From Fibrobacterales bacterium (lineage in GTDB: Bacteria > Fibrobacterota > Fibrobacteria > Fibrobacterales > JAOPTW01), in assembly GCA_051532055.1 (NCBI GenBank), contig JAOPTX010000042.1, positions 1-53,727 on the forward strand: a stretch of 53,727 nucleotides of DNA. Direction: 5' to 3'. Numbering within the stretch: position 1 is the stretch's first letter; each line of letters begins with the position of its first letter. The translations under genes and the position numbers were made by a program. Below, in pieces: positions 9,684 to 19,613 of the stretch. The notes beneath the pieces were generated by a model, which worked only from the letters and a program-made list of their open reading frames with translations, searched no databases and was not told the origin of the DNA.

Positions 9684-11273
9684 TTGATAGCATTGAGATC
9701 TGTTATTCTCGTATCAATATATATAACGTTTTTTTTAACGGCATGTTCAGAGGCAATTGGTGACATTTCTACTTTGGAATCTTCAGATGAGACCATGAGT
9801 AGTTCAGGAAAAATTCAAATGGTCGATTCTTCTGTTGAAGAGCCTTTTGAAAGTTATTCGCTTGTTGATCCTAAAGATATAACAGGTTATACGCAGAGTG
9901 CCTTTAGTAGTGACGTATCAACTGATTCCATAACCGTGTCTTCAGAAAACACTCTGACATCCAGTAGTGTCATTTTCAGTAGTAATGAAGGAGTATCAAG
10001 TTCGAGCATCGCGCTCAGCTCTTCATCTCATGAGGCTACAGCAGCAGAAAAGCGGGCGATACTCAATGATGCAATTGATTATGTCTTTAACGATGAGAGC
10101 GAACCAAAAACATTTAATATTCTGATAGACCCAGCAGATCTTTCTGCTATGGATGCAGCGCCCAAACAAGAGGTCTATTACCCCGGTCACTTGGTTTTTG
10201 AAAACGATACTATTCAAGAGATTGAAGTGCGCTATAAAGGAAGTTATGGAGCATGGATTTTTTGCACTGACGGCGAGGGATGGGATAATAATGGGGCAAA
10301 AACCTGTGTTAAACTTTCGATGAAAATTAAGTTCAATACAGATTTAGATCCTGAGAGAAAATTTTTTGGTATGAAAAAGATTGCATTTTACCATATGCAC
10401 TTCTATAAAGATCAACTCAGAGATAGGCTTGCCTATTGGATGCATAGAGAAATGGGCCATGCGGCTCCCCGAGTGGTGCATGCCAAGGTTAAAATTAATG
10501 ATGAGCTTGTAGGGCTTTTTGCTATGATCGAAAATATTGATGGATGGTTTACCCGTGCCCATTGGGATGACGGGGAAGGGAATGTGTATAAAGAAGCCAT
10601 GCCGTTTATATCTAATAAAGTACAGTCTAATGAAGCGTTGAACGAAAAACTGAAAACAAACGAAGATGAAAATCCAACACATACTATATGGCAAGGGCTC
10701 GAAGGAGATCTTTTGAACGCACATGGAGCCGAGGCGGTTAAAGATGTATTGAGAAAATGGTTTAATGTTGATGAGCTGGTTAATACGGTGCTCACTTCTG
10801 CAGCGATAGACCATTGGGATAGCCCATTCTATAGGGATAATGGCCATAACTCATATTGGTACGCAGATACTACTGAAGGTAAGTTGTTTGCAATTCCATG
10901 GGATATGGATAATGCTTCTTTTAAAGCAGGTGAGGGAAACGAGTATGTGAACTTTAATAAGGCAGATGAAATCCGTAATGCACTACAGTGTAACTCGGGG
11001 CGTACTAACAAAATGGCAAAATATTGGCTTTGCTTTCCCGATGAGACTAATGCGGCACTTGATAAACTTTTGTATGAGGTGTATCCTCAGATAAACGGTA
11101 AGATTGATACATGGGTGGCGCAGATTACCGATGCGCATGATGAGGTCCGCGCTGCTCAACCCGGGTCATTTCCAAATACAGGAGCCCTTACCTATGAAGA
11201 ATGGCAAAGCAGTGTGACGGCAATGAAAAATCAACTTGAACAGGGGTATCAAGTTGTGAAGAGTTGGCGTTAA
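9684..11273 (+). CDS. CotH-family kinase lipoprotein with Ser-rich linker
   Basis: GGAG RBS before TTG; lipobox LTAC; CotH motifs VRYKGS, K.SMKIKF, LRDRLAY, APR, G.VYK, HWDS...HNSYWY, IPWDMD. Confidence 0.85.
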   Translation: MIALRSVILVSIYITFFLTACSEAIGDISTLESSDETMSSSGKIQMVDSSVEEPFESYSLVDPKDITGYTQSAFSSDVSTDSITVSSENTLTSSSVIFSSNEGVSSSSIALSSSSHEATAAEKRAILNDAIDYVFNDESEPKTFNILIDPADLSAMDAAPKQEVYYPGHLVFENDTIQEIEVRYKGSYGAWIFCTDGEGWDNNGAKTCVKLSMKIKFNTDLDPERKFFGMKKIAFYHMHFYKDQLRDRLAYWMHREMGHAAPRVVHAKVKINDELVGLFAMIENIDGWFTRAHWDDGEGNVYKEAMPFISNKVQSNEALNEKLKTNEDENPTHTIWQGLEGDLLNAHGAEAVKDVLRKWFNVDELVNTVLTSAAIDHWDSPFYRDNGHNSYWYADTTEGKLFAIPWDMDNASFKAGEGNEYVNFNKADEIRNALQCNSGRTNKMAKYWLCFPDETNAALDKLLYEVYPQINGKIDTWVAQITDAHDEVRAAQPGSFPNTGALTYEEWQSSVTAMKNQLEQGYQVVKSWR

Positions 11274-11573
11274 TGTTTTTATCAGGGAACGGCTCGGGGG
11301 GTAATAAACATAAATTCAGTGCTACTTACAGCGTAATTACCTTTCCAGGCGCCGAAGACCTTAGGATTTGACACTCCTCGTAGTCATTCCAAAACGACCT
11401 TTCATTGTTGCCAGTAAAAGATCGACGTAAGTCGATAGCTCTCCTTTGCTTACCTAGGGTAAACATGTGGAATATTATAGACTCAATTACCACTAGATGT
11501 GCTTACACACCCTATATAGATGAGTATTAATAGCTATTTTTCTGACACCATTAAATAAGAAAGAGGGCATCTT

Positions 11574-14486
11574 TTGAATCTATTAAAAATTACGCTATTA
11601 CTCACTGCACTATTTATTTTTTTAGGCTGTAGTGAAACAGATGCACTATCGGGTAACGATACAGAAAATATCTATACACTCGAAATAGCAATTCCAAAAA
11701 ACTTGCATATTGATAGCGTGGTTGTCGAACAGGTTTCGGGCGATTCAATAATCACGACCCGATACTACGATTCAGAATTCTCTATTATCGAATCAGACAG
11801 TTCCCTGTCTATGGTTACAATTCCGATCCCTACAGCTTCACTCCATAATGAATTACCTGCTATAGAATATACGGGTTTTTCTTATGATGTAGCCGTGGTT
11901 TCAGACCATAAAGATTATGCGGTTACCCAAACTATGGTCGATTATCATAGTAAAAAGGGAGCCAATGATTCGGCTAATGCCGTCTTATTCGATTCTCTTT
12001 TTATTGATCACATGCTTCTGCAGGGGAGAGACTTGTCACATCAATTCTATTCAGCATATCGATCTAAAATAGATACTGATACCACGATTCTTATTACGAG
12101 CCTACTGGATACTTTGGTAAGTCGTGGAGATGCTCATGCACACACTACTCTAGAAGCAATGCTCCCGCCAGAACTCGACCTACAAGAGACCGTACTCAAT
12201 AACCCCGAAGTAACCAATGAACAGTATGCTGTTTTTGGTAAAAAGAAATTTCACTTTAAAGGCTCGGTGATTGGTAACCTATTAAATGTATCACACATTG
12301 ATCTTCAATTCCTTGGTGCCAGCTCAATTGATACCCTTCATATTGAGACCCAGTTGAATTCTACCAATGGACTGTTCACCGCACAACAAGTCATCGATAT
12401 TTCCCGCATTATGGGACCACACGAAGTTACCGTTCTCGTATATGATCTTAATGAGAAGGTTACGGGGATTTACATTGATTCTATTGCTCTCGATAGCGAA
12501 GCACACATTACCTTTCCTCATGTTGATATCACCAATGCACTCCCAAAGGTTACTCTTGCTAAATTAACAGCGGGATATATTAACGATACGGTTCATTTAG
12601 AATACCAAATAGTAGATCGATATAATAACCGTGCAGGTCATACGATAGAAGTACAATATGGCACAGGCCCTTTTAGTGTCTTAGAAGATACCATTGTGTC
12701 CTTTCAGTTACCGAGTCAACCTCAAAACAATGTTTTTGTTCGGCTAAAAGTAACCGATGGTGATGGTAACATCAGTCTTGATTCAACTCAGATTATAGTA
12801 GTAGCGGGACTCCCTGATGTAGCATTTACCACTACTCCACCTGTTGTTGATACCCATGATTCTCTCTATTTAGAATGGAATGGTACCGATAAAAATGGGA
12901 GTATTATTAACTATGCCTTATCAACAAATACCATGGATTGGATAGATGCAGGTACTGATACATCAATCACTATTGCACCGTTAACTCAAGTAGGTATGCA
13001 TGCAATATACGTGAGAGGGGTTGATGATGATTCAAATGTTGTATTTGATTCGCTCATGGTTGAAGTCTTATCAGGTATTCCTGATGTTTCGGTCATAGTG
13101 AACAATGATACCGTAACGATCAATGATGCTATTACCATAGAAACTGTAGCCCGTGATACGTTAGGGACCATTGTTTCAATGGCGTGGAAATCAGGTTTTG
13201 TTGGCAGCTTTGTTGCGTGCACCCCAGATACAGCCTTTAATGTAGTGGCTCCAGCGCAAGCTGCAGCACACCCTTTTGTGATACGAACTATTGATGATGA
13301 TTCAGTTGTGGTGTTCGATACTGTTACCGTCGAGGTAATCAATGATGTACCCACAGTGAATATTATCATACGTATGGTTAATAGTACCAGCTTTACCGGT
13401 GTTTTTGAGGCGGTTGTAACAGAGGAACTGGGTACAATAGAAGGCTATTTATGGGATTTTGATATGGATGGTGTATACGACGACTCTTCGAAAACCCTCA
13501 GTACGACAAGCCATGTTTTCCCCACATTTGGTACATATCAAATTATGGTAATAGCAATAGATGATGATGGAAATAAAGGTGCCAATACGGCAACAGTTAA
13601 AGTTGCTGAAATTGAAAACTTTACGGGCTTTACCCTTTATTTAAATGAAGAATTCAGTACGCCCATTTCAATGGGCCCTTCATCCTTAACACCCGCTCAC
13701 CCCATTTGGACTTGGGGAGATGGGGCAATCACGGGGAGTTATTCACGCTATACCAAAAACAATATCAGTTTTGGTGATAGCACTATGAAATTAACCCTGA
13801 GAGATGAAACCATACCGAGTTCCAATTCTCTTATACAATCCGAAATAATTGCAGAACAATTGTTTTCTGGGGGTGAATTACGATCCAATTACAATGATTT
13901 TAGATATGGTATCTATAAGGTACGCATGAAAATTCCACCGGTCACTCATTCTACATTCAATACCTTTGGGGCTGTCCGACATTCTCCAGGTATTGGTATG
14001 AGAGAAGTCTATTTTGATTATGTTCCTAATCATGATTTCAATCCTGGTGATATTCTGTCCGGTATCATTAATAACACCGATATATACCCTGATACCAATA
14101 TTAGTTTTGATATGGCTTTTGCTACAATTTATCCGGGGAGTGGTGATAATGACTATAGTGAATTACAGGATTGGTCGCCCAATGATGGTGAATGGCATAC
14201 CTATACTATTCAGTGGTTACCCGATAGTGTAAGCTGGTCTATTGATGACGTTTTGGTGAGAACCTATAGAGAAGATGTGGCTAATATGGAAGGCAATATT
14301 GTACAGATCCCCGATGATTACAGTACGTTTCTCGTGAATTACTGGCTCCCCTCATTTAGCCAAATACCCGATGAATCTGAGTTCCCTCTGGTTGCCGAGT
14401 TTGACTGGGTGCGATTCTATCGATGGGATCAAGATGCGCTCATAACACCATTTCACACTCCCATAAGTATTAGTCCCTTGCGATAA
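11574..14486 (+). CDS. Modular lipoprotein: conserved N-terminal domain, Ig/PKD-like repeats, C-terminal GH16-fold domain with degenerate catalytic motif
   Basis: Lipobox FLGC; repeated '..DDD.NVV.D...V.V' modules; WDFDMDG PKD; 'SGGELRS...FRYG.YKVRMK', 'WHTYTIQWLPDSVSWSIDD' and 'FDWVRFY' are GH16-like; REVYFD replaces ExDxE. Confidence 0.75.
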   Translation: MNLLKITLLLTALFIFLGCSETDALSGNDTENIYTLEIAIPKNLHIDSVVVEQVSGDSIITTRYYDSEFSIIESDSSLSMVTIPIPTASLHNELPAIEYTGFSYDVAVVSDHKDYAVTQTMVDYHSKKGANDSANAVLFDSLFIDHMLLQGRDLSHQFYSAYRSKIDTDTTILITSLLDTLVSRGDAHAHTTLEAMLPPELDLQETVLNNPEVTNEQYAVFGKKKFHFKGSVIGNLLNVSHIDLQFLGASSIDTLHIETQLNSTNGLFTAQQVIDISRIMGPHEVTVLVYDLNEKVTGIYIDSIALDSEAHITFPHVDITNALPKVTLAKLTAGYINDTVHLEYQIVDRYNNRAGHTIEVQYGTGPFSVLEDTIVSFQLPSQPQNNVFVRLKVTDGDGNISLDSTQIIVVAGLPDVAFTTTPPVVDTHDSLYLEWNGTDKNGSIINYALSTNTMDWIDAGTDTSITIAPLTQVGMHAIYVRGVDDDSNVVFDSLMVEVLSGIPDVSVIVNNDTVTINDAITIETVARDTLGTIVSMAWKSGFVGSFVACTPDTAFNVVAPAQAAAHPFVIRTIDDDSVVVFDTVTVEVINDVPTVNIIIRMVNSTSFTGVFEAVVTEELGTIEGYLWDFDMDGVYDDSSKTLSTTSHVFPTFGTYQIMVIAIDDDGNKGANTATVKVAEIENFTGFTLYLNEEFSTPISMGPSSLTPAHPIWTWGDGAITGSYSRYTKNNISFGDSTMKLTLRDETIPSSNSLIQSEIIAEQLFSGGELRSNYNDFRYGIYKVRMKIPPVTHSTFNTFGAVRHSPGIGMREVYFDYVPNHDFNPGDILSGIINNTDIYPDTNISFDMAFATIYPGSGDNDYSELQDWSPNDGEWHTYTIQWLPDSVSWSIDDVLVRTYREDVANMEGNIVQIPDDYSTFLVNYWLPSFSQIPDESEFPLVAEFDWVRFYRWDQDALITPFHTPISISPLR

Positions 14487-14658
14487 TGGCCTCTGTGGAA
14501 ATAAATCAAAATATGTTGGCTCTGGATGAAGGAGAGATTGTAAGCCTCCTTAAAATCCACTCTTTCTATTCCTATAAGTCTCTCGTTGTTTAAGCTATTA
14601 CTCGCTGTAAATTTTGTTGGCGTTGACTTTACTGATGAGTATCAGAGAATATTCACAA

Positions 14659-16791
14659 TTAAAACGAAGTAATGAGTTGGATCAAGAAATTTCTTCCTTC
14701 CATACCGGGTAAGCTATTGTAAAGGTAACTATGTAGGTCTGGTTGCCAGTGTTTATAATCAAGTAGGTTCCTTCCATATACTTGTATTTTAATTTCAGGA
14801 TATGGTAAAGAAAATATGGTGTGTATATTTAATTGTAAATGGGCTGAGACATCAATAAACGCGTTAGGTGAAGGGTTGAGCGGGAGGACATCAACAGGCG
14901 TACGGTCGTCTGGAATCGCTTTGTAACTATCTGAATAAATAACAAAAGATGATAAGGAAAACATTGGGACTTTATAAGAGATTCCACACTTTATTTGGTA
15001 ATTGGGACTGAGAGTAAAATTTGTAATTGAATCATTGAAAACATTTTGATTCCAGGTTATTGAATTGGTACTAAACCAATTGTTATACAATGTGAATTTA
15101 CCTTCATACTCAACGCCATACGATACTCGTTCATCCAGATTGTCTTTAAAATTTGAATAGGTAACAACAGTATCTCCAATTGTCACTTCTTTGGGGTGTG
15201 AGCTAATGAGATTTTCTGCTATAGCATAGTAGCCCGTGAGTGACGATACAATTTTTGAAGTTGAATACAGGAGTTGAAAGTCATTCGTAGTTATGATTTC
15301 AGGCTTCAGTTCGGGGTTCCCTTTGTCCAAGTATACAATAGAAGAATCTGTAGGGCTAGTGATGAAATTATTATATAAATACTCAGGTGGGTTGGGTGTC
15401 CGAAATGCTTGAGCCAAAGAGTATTTGATGGTAAATTTGTTGGTTAGATTGTAGAGAGTTGCAAATCTCGGTACCAGTGCCGCAGTATATTTAAAGGGCT
15501 TATTGTATTGAAACCCCACATAGAATGCTAGTTTATCAAATACAACATCAAGTTCTGTCATAAATGAGAGATATTGAAAATCATAAGGGATCGTTAAAGT
15601 GTTCTTGTCTGATTTAAGTCTTCGATAATGCAACCCTGATTGAATAGAAATATCTTTGTTTATGATATAGTGTATTCTGGCGTCACTGTTGTATTCTATT
15701 CCTTCTGTATGGATCAGAGTATTAGAACCCAGAATCCATTTAAATATTTCTCTATGTCTAAAGAACGAACCGTCAACCGAAAGGTTTTTATTCAACTGGT
15801 ACTTGATAGTAGCGCCGAGCATTTGAGAAAGACTTGTATAATTGAGCTGCGTATATATAGCATTGGGTTCAGTAAATACTTGTTGAAATGAAGGATTAAA
15901 GAGATGAGATATGAATTTATTTGAATAAGCATTTTGGTAGAATAGTGTAATTGATTTATACCGTATCTCTGCAAAATAATAATCTTTATTTTCTGGCGTC
16001 TGTATTTCGAAGGGTGAATCCGTTATCGTACCAGCTGGATTTGCTGGCTCCAAGGGTAGGGTATGATTTCCATTTGATTTGAGCGCTATGCCATCACTTG
16101 AGGCCAACAGATAGTTGCCATGTACGATAACATCGCCAAACTGTTCCCAGGCATCAATACCATAATGACGAGTATTGTATTCTCCAATTTGAAGATTTGT
16201 TTGTACGTTATATTCAGGAACGGCATCTTCAGTAATGATGTTAATAACACCGTCAAAAGCGTTATTACCGTATTGGACTGAACCTGGACCTCGTATAACT
16301 TCAATTTGCTTTACACGGTTAATAGGGAAGGTATACAGATAATTATAATACGTTCCGTTGCCTCCAATATTCCGTATAGGGAGCCCATCAATGAGGTAAG
16401 ATATATTCCCCTTTAAAAAATTAAATTCACTTCCTCGTATAGATACAGTATTAATTGAATGTCCGATATTACTCATTACATTAGGAAGCCTGTTAAGGGC
16501 CTCGAATACAGTATGTGCTCCAAAAAGTTGGAGTTCTTCTCGAGTTATAATTGAAATTATCCCTGGGACAGTACTGATATACTGGTGTTGTTTTGTAGGG
16601 CTATAGACCTTTACATTAAGAAGCTCTTCAAAGGGAATGGTAAAGAGTGAATCGAGAGCTGTATTATTTGCACTTGCTGGAATCACTAGGCAAACACTAT
16701 AGATAAGTATTAGAAGAGTACTGTTGCATGAACGCTGCAGTTTGGTTAATATTCTCTTTGATACCATAATGGAACCAGCTTTGTTCGTCAT
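14659..16791 (-). CDS. TonB-dependent outer-membrane receptor
   Basis: 'FEELLNVKVYSPTK' N-terminus; plug motif 'IEVIRGPGSVQYGNNAFDGVINIIT'; 'AFRTP', 'GNPELKPE', 'GRNL'; terminal Phe. Confidence 0.9.
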   Translation of the reverse strand: MTNKAGSIMVSKRILTKLQRSCNSTLLILIYSVCLVIPASANNTALDSLFTIPFEELLNVKVYSPTKQHQYISTVPGIISIITREELQLFGAHTVFEALNRLPNVMSNIGHSINTVSIRGSEFNFLKGNISYLIDGLPIRNIGGNGTYYNYLYTFPINRVKQIEVIRGPGSVQYGNNAFDGVINIITEDAVPEYNVQTNLQIGEYNTRHYGIDAWEQFGDVIVHGNYLLASSDGIALKSNGNHTLPLEPANPAGTITDSPFEIQTPENKDYYFAEIRYKSITLFYQNAYSNKFISHLFNPSFQQVFTEPNAIYTQLNYTSLSQMLGATIKYQLNKNLSVDGSFFRHREIFKWILGSNTLIHTEGIEYNSDARIHYIINKDISIQSGLHYRRLKSDKNTLTIPYDFQYLSFMTELDVVFDKLAFYVGFQYNKPFKYTAALVPRFATLYNLTNKFTIKYSLAQAFRTPNPPEYLYNNFITSPTDSSIVYLDKGNPELKPEIITTNDFQLLYSTSKIVSSLTGYYAIAENLISSHPKEVTIGDTVVTYSNFKDNLDERVSYGVEYEGKFTLYNNWFSTNSITWNQNVFNDSITNFTLSPNYQIKCGISYKVPMFSLSSFVIYSDSYKAIPDDRTPVDVLPLNPSPNAFIDVSAHLQLNIHTIFSLPYPEIKIQVYGRNLLDYKHWQPDLHSYLYNSLPGMEGRNFLIQLITSF

Positions 16792-16937
16792 TTATTCTAC
16801 GTATCCACTTCATTATTATAAAGTATAATTATGAAAATGTCCCGATTTTAATTAAAAAAGTGCCATATAAGCAGTATTGACTCTAAGCTATATAAGTTGT
16901 ACACTTAAGCTAAGTGACTTAACACTGTAACACAGAA

Positions 16938-17468
16938 TTGATAATGGTTCGTTTTGTAAATATATGTGTTTGTATATCATTATTGATATCCATTTGTTTT
17001 GGACAAAAAAACATCAATGAAGTTAAGGCTGTTTTTATATGGCGATTAGTTTCATATATTACATGGCCGAAAATTGATAACGATTCTATAGTGTTTTCTG
17101 TGTATGGAGATTGCGCTTTTAATGATTTACTGCATAGACTGTCAAAAAATAAAAAAATGAAGGGACGAAAGGTAAACGTTAAAAGTATTCCATATTCGGG
17201 AATGGAAGAGAGTGATCTTATTTTTGTTTGTAGTGATTTTAATACATTGCAGGGAATGATTAAGCATTGGAACAAAAAGTCAGTTCTATTAATGGGGGAT
17301 AGTCCAGCTTTTACCAAACAAGGTATACATATTAATTTTTATGTAGAGAATGAAACCGTCCGGTTTGAATTGAATGAATCAGCCTTGAATGGTGCAGGAA
17401 TAACCGTTGATTATCGGCTTAAAAAAATAGCACGATTGATAGATTCTAAAGCATTGGAGGGTCAATGA
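16938..17468 (+). CDS. YfiR-family (DUF4154) periplasmic protein
   Basis: 'EVKAVFIWRLVSYITWP', 'GIHINF...VRFELN..AL..AGI.V...LKKIA' match YfiR/HmsC-like proteins. Start is TTG 16938 or ATG 16944. Confidence 0.8.
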   Translation: MIMVRFVNICVCISLLISICFGQKNINEVKAVFIWRLVSYITWPKIDNDSIVFSVYGDCAFNDLLHRLSKNKKMKGRKVNVKSIPYSGMEESDLIFVCSDFNTLQGMIKHWNKKSVLLMGDSPAFTKQGIHINFYVENETVRFELNESALNGAGITVDYRLKKIARLIDSKALEGQ

Positions 17469-19381
17469 TATTTCGATCGGCCCATACCATTCAAAGAACA
17501 TTAATAAAAATTATTTTGTCTGTAACTCTCTTTTCAATCCTCGCGTTAAGTGCATTTTATAGTATCACTAGTTTCATTACGAGTAAATATAATCTGGCAA
17601 ATAATGCTCAGCTTCAAGTACATCTCATAAGTGAATACCTTATTACTCCTCTTGATTTTGGGTACACTGATGAAGTGACAGACGTTATTTATAAACTTAA
17701 GGAAGTTCCCAATATATCAGATGCGATCGTGTATAACACTCATGGGGCTATTATAAGCGCATATCATAGAGGGGGGGCGTTTGAACCTATTATACCAGAC
17801 TACGATAATCGAACAATAGTATTTGATAAAGAGTGGCTCCACTTGTTTTACAAAATAACCTATAATGGAGAATACAAAGGACAACTCTATTTTAGAGTAA
17901 CAACAGCAGAAATATATTCTGAAATCATATCCCATATTTTTACTACGCTTATGGTCTGTGTAGTGGTAATCGCTATTGCATACGCTATGGCTAAGAGCAC
18001 GCAAGGCATTATTTCCCAACCGATAATAAGACTCGCTGGCGTTACTTCCCAAGTATCTGAAACAGGAGATTACTCTATGAACCTTGAACACAATTATTCC
18101 GGAGAAATTGGGATGTTGTATGATGGTTTTTTAGAAATGCTTAATCAAATTAATGTGCGTTCTAAAGAGCGAGACAATGCAGAAATTGAGCTTAAACAGT
18201 TTCAAAACATATTAGCTAATACTATTGATTCGATGCCCTCAATAATTATAGGAGTTAATGCTCATGAAGAAATAACGCTCTGGAATAATCAGGCTGAGAT
18301 CGTGTTGGGTATCAATGCATCCGTAGCGTATGGCAATAATTGTACATTAGTCCTCGCGAAGTATTTTCCTGATTTAACATTGATTAAAAATGGTATTATT
18401 AAAAACGAAATTCAGACTTTACGAGTACGGAGTGAGAGAGAGGAAGGGACTGTAATAGAAGATGTTACCGTATTTCCATTAATAGGAGAGGGTGCTTCTG
18501 GTGCAGTTATTAGAATAGATGATGTTTCTGAAAAGGTTAAAATGGATGAAACGTTGGTTCAAAGTGAAAAAATGCTCTCTGTCGGTGGCTTGGCAGCGGG
18601 CATGGCTCATGAACTCAATAATCCTCTTGGCGGAATTATACAAGGCATCATAAATTTAAAAAATAGGTTAACTAATTTTGATCTCACTAAAAATAAGGAA
18701 ATTGCAAAAAAACTACAGCTGAATCCCCAAAGCCTAATACAATACCTGGACGAAAGAAAGATCTTAAGAATTCTCAATGATATTGACTCTTCAGGAAAAC
18801 GAGCAGCTGAAATTATATCTAATATGCTTGATTTTTCGCGTAAAGATACTCACGAAAAAACAGAAAATGATATTTCAGAATTGATAGATTCTATTATTTT
18901 AATTGCATCAACTGATTTTGATATCAATAATAATTATGATTTTAAGTCTATAGAAATAGTCAGAGAGTATAGTAGTTCAATACAGCCTATAATTTGTGAG
19001 CGTTCCCTGATACAACAGGTAGTCCTCAATATTTTTCGCAATGGTGCACACGCTATGTTCGAAAATTTAAATACTCTTAACGAACAGGGTCGTATGAATC
19101 GCCCCCCACGTTTTATTATTCGATTAAATAATGATACCGATAATAATCTAGAGATTAGCATAGAAGATAATGGTCCAGGTATGCCGGAAAATGTCCGTAA
19201 AAGAATATTTGAACCATTCTTCACTACCAAATCTGTGGGGATTGGTACTGGGCTCGGGTTAAGTGTTTCATATTTTATAATCAGAGATAATCATGGTGGA
19301 GATTTAGTCGTTGATTCGGTAGAAGGAGAAAAGACGACGTTTAAAATTATTCTCCCTTATACGACACACACCAAGGTTTAG
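17465..19381 (+). CDS. Membrane sensor histidine kinase (periplasmic sensor, HAMP, PAS, HisKA, HATPase_c)
   Basis: Two TM helices, HAMP 'GEIGMLYDGFLEML', PAS 'WNNQAE', H-box 'AAGMAHELNNPL', N-box 'QVVLNIFRNG', 'DNGPGM', 'FEPFFTTK' and 'GTGLGL'; ATGA overlap with yfiR. Confidence 0.92.
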   Translation: MIFRSAHTIQRTLIKIILSVTLFSILALSAFYSITSFITSKYNLANNAQLQVHLISEYLITPLDFGYTDEVTDVIYKLKEVPNISDAIVYNTHGAIISAYHRGGAFEPIIPDYDNRTIVFDKEWLHLFYKITYNGEYKGQLYFRVTTAEIYSEIISHIFTTLMVCVVVIAIAYAMAKSTQGIISQPIIRLAGVTSQVSETGDYSMNLEHNYSGEIGMLYDGFLEMLNQINVRSKERDNAEIELKQFQNILANTIDSMPSIIIGVNAHEEITLWNNQAEIVLGINASVAYGNNCTLVLAKYFPDLTLIKNGIIKNEIQTLRVRSEREEGTVIEDVTVFPLIGEGASGAVIRIDDVSEKVKMDETLVQSEKMLSVGGLAAGMAHELNNPLGGIIQGIINLKNRLTNFDLTKNKEIAKKLQLNPQSLIQYLDERKILRILNDIDSSGKRAAEIISNMLDFSRKDTHEKTENDISELIDSIILIASTDFDINNNYDFKSIEIVREYSSSIQPIICERSLIQQVVLNIFRNGAHAMFENLNTLNEQGRMNRPPRFIIRLNNDTDNNLEISIEDNGPGMPENVRKRIFEPFFTTKSVGIGTGLGLSVSYFIIRDNHGGDLVVDSVEGEKTTFKIILPYTTHTKV

Positions 19382-19613
19382 CGAATCAAAGGTAGTGTGC
19401 TCTCATAGTATTCGGCCAATGATTAGACTATAATTCGATGCTCTAGCATTATTGTGTACTCACTGGTATAGATTAATTTACAACGGCAATGAAAGAGTAG
19501 CTCCTTGAACACATAGTAATTTGTTCAGAAGAATTGAAAGAAGGCCCATATTTGCTATATTGAGCCAAAATTACAACTATGTAATCCAGTCTCTAAAACA
19601 AGCGAAGCCCTCT

